From assembly GCA_002189035.1 (NCBI GenBank), contig NEEC01000004.1:5518001-5582000 (forward strand): a DNA stretch of 64,000 nt. Reading direction: 5' to 3'. Position numbers and translations under genes: made by a program. The stretch is from Utricularia gibba (Eukaryota > Plantae > Magnoliophyta). Positions 12,156 through 23,157 of the stretch are shown here, in pieces; the first letter of the stretch is position 1; each line of letters starts with the position of its first letter. The notes beneath the pieces were generated by a model that saw only the letters and a program-made list of their open reading frames with translations, searched no databases and was not told the DNA's origin.

Positions 12156-12728
12156 ATGGGAGCCCTTACAGTCACCCATGAATTCACTAGCACTGTCGCT
12201 GCCCCTAGGCTTTTCAAAGCCCTGGTCCTCGAAGCAGACACGCTGATTCCACAGATTGCTCCTCAGGCTATCCACAAAGTTGACATTCTCGAAGGCAATG
12301 GCGGACCAGGCACAATCAAGCAAATCAATTTCGCCGAAGGCGAGCCCTGACAAAATCACTGTTTTTATTTTCACTGCAATAATTTCATTTCACACAATTT
12401 AAAGAAAACCCATTTTGATTCTTCAGGGAACGAGTTCAAATCGATGAAGCACAAGATTGATGCACTGGACGAGAAAAACTTGAGCATTACTTACTCGCTG
12501 ATCGAAGGAGATCCGCTCCCTGAGAAACTGGAGAAGATTTCGTACGAGCTCAACTTCGAGGCTGAGCCTGAAGGCGGGGCAAAGGGTAAAAGCGTCACTG
12601 TGTATCACCCAAAAGCTGACGCCGAATTCGCAGAGGAGGAGGTCAAGGAGGGGAACGAGAAATCTGCACTACTGTTCAAGGTGGTGGAAGCTTATCTCCT
12701 TGCAAATCCTGAGGTGTACGCTGCCTGA
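12156..12728 (+). CDS. PR-10 / Bet v 1-like protein, divergent third paralog; exons 12156-12339, 12427-12728; GC-AG intron
   Basis: [40 protein letters not shown]; first exon is again 184 nt; TATA near 12086. Confidence 0.92.
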
Positions 12729-13149
12729 TCCATGGAAGGCGATGCTGTTTCCTTAAAGATCCGAGCTTGATTATCTTGGAATAAAATGAAATCCTTTGTT
12801 TGGTTTCGACCTCATCGCTCATTGACGAAACACAAACACTCACACACACACACACAAAAACTGTAAGTCTGAATGCAAGAAGAAGACACCTAATGCGCTA
12901 ATTAGGCCCAATAACATGGGCTGACTGCTGGCCCATAATAGGCCCAAATAAGTCATTAAAGCTGAAGGTTTTGTTATTTTGGTGTGGCTCCTTTGAGGGA
13001 CATGTATCTGCATTGAGGAAAAGCGCACTTTTTTATATTCCTTGTCCTTTACTTGCACTGGCGATGTTTGTATACTTGATTCCTTCCCCATTGCCTTTTC
13101 TTCAGCCTTCGCCATTCAAAAAGAAGGCTTTCCTTCTCCCTGTGTAACC

Positions 13150-14721
13150 ATGGAGGTAAGCTTTCCCCTCTTCATTTCTCTTATGCGCTCTTCCTAACTC
13201 ATCTCTATTTCTTCTCTCTGTATTGTCCCAGAAGTCTCGAGTCACCGAGATCAAAGTCCGGATTGACTGCAACGGCTGCGTTCAGAAGATAAAGAAAGCT
13301 CTACATGGCGTAGAGGGTGAGTGGCCTTTCATTCTTGTTGAGCTCTGCAGTGTTTGGGTGATGACTGAATATCAGTTTTCTGCAGGGATCGAGGAGGTTG
13401 ATGTCGATTTACAGCTTCAGAAAATCACCATAACAGGCTCTGCGGATCCCGAGGCTTTGGTGAAAGCGATTAAGAAGACGAGAAAGACTGCTGTTATATG
13501 TCTCCATGAAGAGGTTACTTGTGATGATCAAGAAAAGGCCCCACCGTCTGAGGGAGCTGATCTGCCGGTGAACCCGCCGGAGGAATTGCCGCAAAAAGAG
13601 GCCACGCAGAAAAATGAGTCCCCGCCTCCGCCACCGACGCCTTTGCAACGAGTTAAAGTTGCTTCCCCGAATCTGGTACCTCTGAGCCTAATCCATCCCC
13701 TGGAGCTGAGGAAATTCAGATGATTCCCCAGCAACAACCACCGGAAGTAGGCTTTCGGATCGACTCAATCCAGAGTATCAACACGGGGGAGCAAATTGGG
13801 GTGGAGCTTATGACTTCAGAGAACGGGTGTCGCAGCGTATTTACGTGGCGCACGGGTACAGCACACACCGGCCATCCACTTACGTGACAGAGTACGCGAA
13901 TCCAGGCTACTTTATTCCGGCGTATGCCACTCCCCGGGACACGGTGCGGCCACAAACCACCCAAGTTGAATTTGAAAAACCCGTTTCTTCTTACCCTGTT
14001 TATCCTCAGAGAACACAGGGGCCACCCCCCTCAGTGACCCAAACTTCATATCCTGTTCACTCTCATTCTGTTCAACCGCAGAAGAAACAGGGGGCACCGC
14101 CGCCGGTGACCGAAACCTCAAATCCCGTTCAATCTCAGCCTGTTTTCGCCTTTAAAAAACAGGGGCCCCCATCATCTGAAGGTGAAAATCCCGCTCCACC
14201 GCAGGCGGTTTACGGCTCTTATGCCCAGAGAAAGTACTTCTCTGCAACCGCCCCCACACACCAGGCTTCTTCATCTCACCCTGTTTATGCCACTCACAAC
14301 AACGAGTTCACGCCATCGCCGTCTGTGTCAGAATTTGCTACTCCTGCTTCCGCTCTGCCTAATTACGCCAACGCGTACAGAGCACGGCAACCTGAGAAAG
14401 TGCATCAAAATACTCCTCAGAGCGACATGTTCAGACACCGGGTGAATCCATGAAGCTCAATTCAGACCAGACAATTTACATGACTTCCCACAACGTATTC
14501 CGCCCAATTCCCCCTGTAACTGAGAATGCATTCCCTCCTTTGTATATATCAGCCGAGTGCCATACTTCGCAGCTTCCCTTTACGGAGTACTTGCAACAGC
14601 CAGCACGGAGAGTATGCATTGGATTCGAGAAAGACGACGACGACGATTACTTCGGAGCAGCAATGGCAATATCACGTCTGTTTTCAGTGAGGAGAATCCG
14701 AATTCATGCCGAATTTCTTAA
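13150..14721 (+). CDS. Heavy-metal-associated (HMA/HIPP-type) protein with long Pro-rich region; four apparent single-base frameshifts
   Basis: IDCNGCVQKIKKAL HMA motif (exons 13150-13155, 13232-13316, then from 13387); family motif YVAHGYSTHRPSTYVTEY; C-terminal NGNITSVFSEENPNSCRIS* at 14659-14721. Confidence 0.82.
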
Positions 14722-15448
14722 GACCTCCATGCAAGCAGAGTAGTAAAGGAATGCGAAGAGTACATAAACCGGCACCTCGTTGTAAAAGTAGAGCATATCT
14801 GCTGTATACTCCATTACTTGTCCAGGAAAGAATGAATTCTGAATAAAGTCATTTCATTTCATATTCTCCGTTGTTTTCTTGCTCGTGTAGAACAAAACCT
14901 GGTTCTTTCTGAAAGTAATAAAGGTGAGGAATCCAACAAAGACATCTCATCTTGTTCCCTCTGCCTTCCGCGATAGAAGATGGCCGTACAAGGTTGGATG
15001 GCCCAGGACAGAAGACTAGGCTTGTTGGGCCATGGAGGCCCAATAAACGTGTTCGTTAGAATTGGAATTTGGACGTATTTAATGATACGTAGCCCACATA
15101 GGCACTGCGCTGAAAGCCGAAATTACAGCATCTTTGAGTAGACAACATGCGATAATTCGCTGCGGGCCCACGCTTCCGCCACCGCGTCGTTGTCGCGTCT
15201 TGGTTTTCGCAATTATTACAGATCGGTTTCTTTTTTCCGGTGCCGGTGTAACCCTTAGCTCCAAGAATCCCTCGGTCGAGGGCCACAGCGCGGATCTAAT
15301 CGTTCATCGAGAATTCTGGAAAGATCGGCCTCTTAATTTTAGTTTATTCGCTTTCTCAGCTGTTTCACTTGGGGTTTTTGGGTTTAAAAGCCAAAGGAAA
15401 TGATTTTTTGTGGAGTTTGCTGATTTGATTCTGGAGATTGTCAGTGTG

Positions 15449-17925
15449 ATGGCAGCGACAACCATGGCAACTGCCGCTGCGGCCGTGGTTATCCTTTATT
15501 ACGTCCTGAACCGGAGACTTTCTTCGGTGGTGGAACGAGAAGATCCAGATGGTGAGAATTACGTGAAGTCGAAGAGTAAATTGGCTAGGAAGCGGTTATC
15601 TCGTAGACCGGCTCAGGCGCCGGCTAATTGGCTAGAGACGATATCCACGCTGTCGGAGACTCTGAGGTTTACGTACTCGGAGACGCTGGGAAAGTGGCCA
15701 ATTGGCGATTTAGCTTTTGGGATTAACTATCTAATTAAGAGGCAGGTTGGGGCCTGGTTCCCAGTTTCTTTGAAATCATGAATTCGAGATTCACATTTCT
15801 GAAACACCATAACAATTGCAATTTGTGTGATCGTCTTGCAGGGTAATCTACAGGCTGCAAGTGTATATGCCTGTGGGAATTCAGTGGAACTGAATAGCCC
15901 TGAAATCGCTGTTCAGTTATCTTGTTATGTGAGGTTGATAAACCTATGTTTTCTTTTCTCCAAAAGACAATTTCCAGTATTTCTGGAAACTTGTGGATTT
16001 TCTGAAAGAGATGTTCTTCTTCAGAAGCCTAAAGCAGGGGTATGTTGATGGAACCATGTATCCACTCCTGAAATAATCTTTATATTCTGAATTCAAAGAT
16101 TTTTATGTGCATTGTTGTAGATTCTGAAGCCTGCCTTCACAATTTTACAAGATGAAACTATGAAGTGCTTCCTTCTCTTAGTTAGGGGTACTCATAGCAT
16201 CAAAGATACATTGACTGCGGCCACCGGTGCCATAGTCCCTTTTCATCACTCGGTTATGTGTGACGTTGGAATCAAGAATGTGGTCTTGGGGTATGCTCAT
16301 TGTGGGATGGTTGCCGCTGCCCGATGGATAGCTAAACTGAGCTCTTCAACTTTGATCAAAGCTCTTGAAAAAAACCCCGATTATGAAGTCAAGGTAGAGT
16401 TTCACTTCCCTGAATAGGATCTTTCAAACGATTTCGTATTGGATTAATTTAAAAAGCGTCTCTCCCATGGTGCTCAGATTATCGGTCATTCTCTTGGTGG
16501 TGGTACAGCTGCATTGCTTGCATATATTCTTCGTGAACGAAAAGAGTTGTCTGCAACGTCTTGTGTTGCTTTTGCACCAGGCATGCTGCTGTGTTGCGTA
16601 TATTTTTTTCGGTTTCCAGAATTTGATGGAATCCTATCTTTTCTCTGTTGGTGTATTTCCTGCAGCTGCGTGCATGACCTGGGAATTGGCAGAATCAGGG
16701 AGACCCTTCATCACTTCAATAGTGAATGGCTCTGATTTGGTTCCTACATTTTCTGCTGCCTCTGTAGACCATCTTCGTTCTGAGGTTTGTGTTACCTTTT
16801 TTCTTGGTGGCATATTTAAATTTGCATTGATTCCCTTTATGTAATCCCCAGGTAATGGCATCATCCTGGTTAAATGATCTTCGTGATCAAGTTGAACGCA
16901 ACCGAGTTTTGAATGCCGTCTACCGCTCTGCCACGTTAGTGGGATCGCGTTTGCCATCTATGTCATATGCAAAAGCAACGGTTGTTGGTGCTGGAGCACT
17001 TCTAAGGCCAGTCTCTAGCCATACACAGGTTTGGTGATTCAAAATCTGATTCCACCACATGGATTTGATAGGATTTTTTTACTCGTTGTGAACTATAGAT
17101 ATATGATCTAGTGTAGTCAAGCCTTTCTTTACTTTCACTGCGGGTCCCAGACGCTTTTTTTTTTCCCCCTTGATTCTTCAGGTTGTCGTGAAACGAGCGC
17201 AAGATGTAGCGCAGGCAGTTGCCAATACTCGCATATCCTTATCATCATGGAGCTGCGTTGGCCCTCGGCGGCGTGTGCCATTGCCCTCTTCAAATGATAA
17301 TACAGATGATGTATCCAATGCTCCTCTGGTTGCAGGGATAAAGTGCGACTCCCCGGTGGGCGAAGTAGTTTCTGGATATCCTTTTCGGAATAAGGTGGAG
17401 TATTGTTCTTCAAGCGGTTGCGAAACTGGGCATGATGACACTGACGAAGATGAAGACATTCAAGCGCCCAATGTTGTAGGTACATCCACCGTCCAGGAGA
17501 TAAATGAAGCACACTTGTGGTACGAGCTGGAGAAAAACCTCCAAAGGGGGGAGCACGAGATGGATCCCCGTGTCCAACAAGAAGAAGAAGCCATCGCCAA
17601 GGAGATAACTGAAGAGGAGAAAGACTTCACAGAAGCAATGGAATGCAAGGCGACGCCTGTCTCTTCAGCCGATGCCTCTGACAACCTTCAGTTGTATCCT
17701 CCGGGGCGAATAATGCACCTCGTTACCATACCTTCCGTGGAGCCTGGAGACCATGAGACAATGGTTGAAGAGCGAGCCGGCATTTTCGAGACACCCAGAG
17801 AATTGTACAGTAAGCTACGGTTGTCCAAGACCATGATAAACGACCATTACATGCCTGTGTACAAGAGAATGATGGAACAAGTGATAAAGCAAATAGAAGC
17901 CGAGATCGATTCGTCAAGTAAGTAA
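15449..17925 (+). CDS. Class 3 lipase (mono/diacylglycerol lipase N-terminal domain + Lipase_3), 7 exons
   Basis: GHSLGGGTAALL nucleophile motif, VRGTHSIKDTLT, AHCGMVAAARWI, LYPPGRIMH, MINDHYMP; junctions join in frame; one GC donor at 16581. Confidence 0.9.
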
Positions 17926-18500
17926 CTGTTGTAATCATGTGAAAAATGGTGAGTTTGGATTTGTCTCTCTCGTATGTAACTTCAGATGTACAATCTAACT
18001 TCTTGGATTCATTTTCCAGATTGAAGAGAACAAAAATCCAGAACAAGTTACCCTCTTCACTAGGTGATACTCGATCTATCAACAGAATCTCCATGACGCA
18101 CAAGAATACTAGCTATGATTCTTCGAAAGAATGAAAGCATTGGAAAAGATGATCGTGAAGTACCTACTTTTACTGGAGCGCGATCGTGTATTATAGCGTC
18201 GGGCTGGCATGATCGGCCGAAGGGAGTACCGCGACGACGAAGACTCGGTACACATAAACGTGCCGGCGAACGGATAAACTGAGTTTCTGATTTTTCTGTA
18301 CAAGATATTTGTTCTCGAAGCCCAAATACAGGGGGTTATTTTTAGCTCGGCCCAACAAGAAGCCCAATGGCGAATACATATTGGGGGAGGTAAATTCATA
18401 TTTTATAACTTTCAAGAATCTGTCGCCTGATCACCCCCAATTTCGAGCCTTACGCTGCGCTGCAATTCGTAACCCTAGATCGGAAATCCCCGGAGTCTCA

Positions 18501-19117
18501 ATGGAAATATGCGTGACATCAGATGTTCTAACGTCGATCGCCTTCTCTGGACAGTGTCTAGACTTCGGGAATATCCCAATCAATCGATCGGGGACCGTGT
18601 TGTCTGTCTCTGACTCGTCAGCTGATCAGGCTCCACAATCGTTGCTGCAGTTCCGGATGTCCCGCGTATCATCTCCCCCGACGAAAACCTTGAGCAGGAG
18701 GCGTCTCCGAAAGGTCCGTAGAGTCAAGAGAAGAACTTTGGATGGTGGTGACGGAGAAGACAATGAGCTGTATTTTTTTAGTGATGGTGGGGACCGTGGA
18801 AGCGGGAAGGGATACGGTGGCTATGGTGGTGGAGGAAAGGGGTGGAATTTTGGCTGGAATGAAGGCCAAAATTGGGGGATTTCGGAGATAATTCATTATA
18901 TGATCCGGCCTTTGATTTTGTTTATAAGATTTTGTGCTGGATTGCTATGTCGAATTGCTTAAATTTTTCCTTCAGGAAGGTGCTCAGGTTTGCTGCAGAT
19001 AGTTTTATTGACAGGGGAAAGGTTTCAATGCCGCTGCCCAAGTCTGTTGATTACATTATTAGCTTGCTGCTGGGGGGACTGAGCTGCATCATGGATGGAG
19101 TGCGCTCGTGTATATAA
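18501..19117 (+). CDS. Uncharacterised plant protein (basic + Gly-rich, hydrophobic C-terminus); frameshift at G-run 18874-18878
   Basis: Two overlapping ORFs (18309-18962, 18872-19117) fuse by adding one G: ...GWNEGQNWG|DFGDNSLYDPAFDFVYKILCWIAMSNCLNFSFRKV; no family name recalled. Confidence 0.65.
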
Positions 19118-19742
19118 TGCTCAATGTTCGTTGGTGTTTACTATGGAATTCGTTACGTTGTATATATTGCATAGGCAATTCGTCTGCCAATCATCTTTAT
19201 CTCAATTTCGTATATATTTGTGAATCTATGGTAAACTGTCGCATCAAAGCACATTCATTTAGGGAACTGCCCATGGATTCAATGCAGCATTAGTTCAGTG
19301 AAGAGGATGTTCTTCTATTTAGTATTTAGCCTATGAAATTGAATATTTTAATGTATATAACCGCGTCATTTTTTATCGGTAACTCAGCATTGTGCTCTTA
19401 AGAAATTTGATATCTACTGGATTTGCGGTGGATGTTGGTATGTCCCTTTGAAATGTCAAATATTCAACATTTTCAAACCTTTGAAATGTTGTGCCCTTGT
19501 TACTGTACGCAGTGCTGGTGCTGATATGTATAGGGCCAACATTGGCCACTAAAAATACTTTCAACCTTGATAAAGTTCTTTAGATAAAACAAAAAATGCT
19601 TTTTTTCGCATTGCAGCATTTATTTGATATTTCTATCACCCGGCCATCGCCCGGTCCCCGCATCGCAGAAGATGTAGCCATCATGATACTGCATCCTCTA
19701 TAAGCTATCTTGAATAAGGTGAAGATTTCTATCCCTTAACAG

Positions 19743-21047
19743 GTTTGGACATGAAAGGGCTGGGCATCTGCAGCATTTATTTCCATCATTCAGTAGTAGG
19801 GACATGCTTCGCTGAAGTGATAGCCAACATGCTTCTGGATGCTGTCAACACATGCTGCACAGAACTAGGTGATGACCCTTTTTCTCATGCACCTAATTTA
19901 CATTTTTGTACTTGGAAGGATTCCGAGGGAATTGCGGATCAGTTAGCAGTGACGATGTTCGCCCCCGGTTGGGATTTCGACATCCATGGCTGGGCGTCAA
20001 TGAAGCAGGTTAGTTTATTTTCATCAATGACTGATGAGATGCGCATTTGGTGATGGAAAACAACCCCAGCACATTGTGAGATTGGGTGCACATCTCATTT
20101 CATGTACGCAATTTGTCGGAAGCTCCGGATACTTTCCGTCCGGGTCAGATTGCAACTTGATGAAGAGTCCCGTAGAATGGTCTCCATCGGCATTTGAATG
20201 CGAGGGGCCTACCAGATGCAATTCCATGGAGGTAAGCCTTTGTTTAAAGCAACTGGCATTGTCAGCCTTCATTCAGCGTGTGGTTGCCAACAATATGCTC
20301 ATTTCCGAGGTCTCAGCTATGCCTTGGGAGTCTTTCGAATTCGTTTTACGGCGGTTTCAGCATCATCACAGTCCCAAACCGACCGCTCTAAGCTCGGCGT
20401 TGAGCTGGAGGTGAATTTTGAGAAAGAAGACAACAACAGCCAGGACGCCAGCGACCTGGTTTTTCTAGATAAGAAAGTGACGTGCAGCAAGATACGTGAA
20501 ATATGTTTTTTTTATTTTCCTTTGTGTGGACAACCAAATCCGACATATTTATCCACAAGAGAGAAATCCACCACGGCGGTTCTCAATTATTGAGGCGGAT
20601 GATATACCTCGTCCAATGCCCTCTGGACGCAACTCCACTGATAACCAACTCATTCGAGAATATCAGGTGAATGATCTTAACATCTTTGCAGACTTGAGAT
20701 ATCAAAACAAACAAACAGACAAAAAGAAAGCATGTTGTTGTTGGGTTGGGTTGGGGTTCATGTTAATGACCTCATTCTACAATTTTGATCCTTTCTATGA
20801 GTTGTGTCCCCACAGGCCATTGTGACAGTGGCCCGGTCACTAAATGCGCCCGTTCCTAGTTCGACTGTTCATGTCGGATGCGGGCAGCTGCGGAGTGGCA
20901 TTCTTCAACGCATCAGGGTCCCGAGGCAAAGAAACCCGCCTGGGAATCGAGCTCAGGATGCTCCGTCGGAACAGCTGCGTCGATTTTTCGCAGTCCCGCC
21001 CTCCGTTTGTTTTTCCAATGAAGGTGGAGGGCGATGATAAAGAATAG
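19743..21047 (+). CDS. Unidentified multi-exon coding sequence (gene or pseudogene)
   Basis: Open segments bounded by AG/GT join in phase 0: 19743-20008, 20070-20231, 20278-20310, ~20596-20667, 20816 onward. No recognised domain; start uncertain. Confidence 0.4.
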
Positions 21048-21591
21048 GACAAGGTTTGCTTGGCTTTAAATTCTCCTGAACTTTGTGTGCCCGGCATCTT
21101 ATCTCTACCCACCACTTGGCTCTGGTGCATGCATGAAGCTGGTACTGCGTAATTAATTTTCAAAATTACAAATAATAATAATGATGGAGAAGGGGTGTGA
21201 GTGTCCATCCAAACAACCCCCAATCATTTGTTCGCTGTTGCTTAAAATTGTTTAGTCTCCATGATTTCTGGGGTCCTGCTGCTCTTCACTGAATCGGCAT
21301 TACAATCAAAACCAGCTTTACGAGTGAGTGATTGATTCTGAATGAATGTGTTCTGTGGTTGATGACCATCCATCCATATATCCAAGATACTGATAGTGTG
21401 GTGTTTCTTTTGTGGGCTTCAGTGTAGGAGATTTGTTTGTCTTGCAAAATACTGAGAAAAAAAATCATGTCTTCACCGTTCCCATAATCAGACACAGCAG
21501 GATCAGTCTGGAGAGGAGGAGCTATTAACATGTTGAAAAAGAAGCTGATAGAAATGGACGACGCACGGATTCGGAATCATCGTCATCAACT

Positions 21592-22117
21592 TCAAAGGAA
21601 AAGGCTCCATGGACAAACGGATGCTGGATCCGGGCCCGGGCTCAGCTCGAGAAACGCCTCCAGCTTTGAAAGGGTCTGCTTCATCGACTCCTGCCCTACT
21701 TCTTCTGAATTTGGAAGCATCGGATCCCCCGGCTGAACGACATGCGCCGGAAAGTTGAGCTTCGCCTTGTGCCCACGGATCCGCTTAGCCGCTCGGTCGT
21801 AAGCTTTAGCCGCTTCGATCTCCAAATCGAAGGTTCCTAGCCAGAGCCTGCCACCTTTCTCCGGGTCGCGAATCTCAGCCGCCCATTTCCCGGAAGATCT
21901 TCGTCTCACGCCCCTGAACAGGGAATGCCTTGGCCTTTGCATCTTCCTCTTACCCTTGGCCTCCAAATCTCCTGCAATATCAATCATAAAAAACGGAACA
22001 AAAAAACTTTAAAAAACTTGAAATTTGTAGTAGGGCGGCGGCGGCGTCCCTGGGAGGTGACTGACCTTCATGGACAACCGAGGAGGAGTCTACTCTGTAC
22101 TCCGATTCTCCGCACAT
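21592..22117 (-). CDS. AP2/ERF transcription factor, group VII-like (RAP2.3/HRE2-like), 143 aa; exons 22117-22066, 21971-21592
   Basis: AP2 domain [19 protein letters not shown]...LWLGTF...[21 protein letters not shown]; Met-Cys-Gly start joined by a phase-1 GT-AG intron; [14 protein letters not shown] resembles the RAP2.3 motif LKQQISSLESFLEL. Confidence 0.85.
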
Positions 22118-23157
22118 TCTGGGTGTTTGAGCTGGAGAGGAGAGCTCAAGTGTGTGGGTTCTTTTATTGAGGGGATTGGAAGAGAGTGGTGCGCAGCAGC
22201 CCCATACCCAATTGTTTTAAGATTGCAGTTGTGGTGGAACCGTAGCGGGGAACTGCAGCCTGCAAGTTGCAAGAGCCAACCACCAAGACCCAGTCTGGGC
22301 TCAACTGAACTGGATCTGTCAATCAATCAATCATCTCTCTAAATAGGCATTCACCGCCAGAGCCAACAAGCAGATTGATGCTCCACTCCCCCGTCTCAGG
22401 ACAGGAGAGTGTATGTAAATAAAGTTGCACCATTTTGAAGTGATGAATTGAGTTGAGGAGCAATCCATCGTCCATTAGATCAATGTTCTTGACCTTCCTG
22501 GTGTGGGGGTGAGGGAGACCGACCTCACTCTGGCTCTGGCATGTCGCATCGCATCACACCAGGCCAGGCCAGGCCAGGGGAGGCCCAACAAGGTGGGGGT
22601 TGAGTTGGAGTTCGCACACCACACCAGTCACCATACTGTGGAAATCAATCAGGCGGGCACAAGAGCAACAACTGCTCTCACTCTGCTCTGCGTCAGAGCA
22701 AGAGGAAGGCAATCCAATCCAATCCAATCGATTTGACTACTAATTTATTTGCGAGCATCCAGTCCAGTGTCTGCACCCAGCTGCGTTTTGTATTCATTAT
22801 TCTTTATTCCCGTAGAGGCCCCCTGTGTCGTTGCTGAATAACATGAAGCAATATTCCTTGTCAACAGTCTGGGAATGGGAAGGGAGCTCCAGCCTCCAGG
22901 CGCAGCAAGAGACTGCTGGATGGATGGATGTTGGGCCACCCCTTCCGGCCCATTCCGATTGGGCCCCCGCTCCCACCAAATTGCATTGCATTGGATTGCA
23001 TGGCTCCGCCCGCATCCCCTGCCTGCCCTTGAAAACTAGGCAACCAGCGCAATCCTCTGACCTCAAGATGAATTCCCTCCATCAGATTCTCCTATAAACA
23101 CCAACCTGAACAAGAAGAAGAAGATGAAGCACAGGAATCTGACAAATCGTTGCGAAG

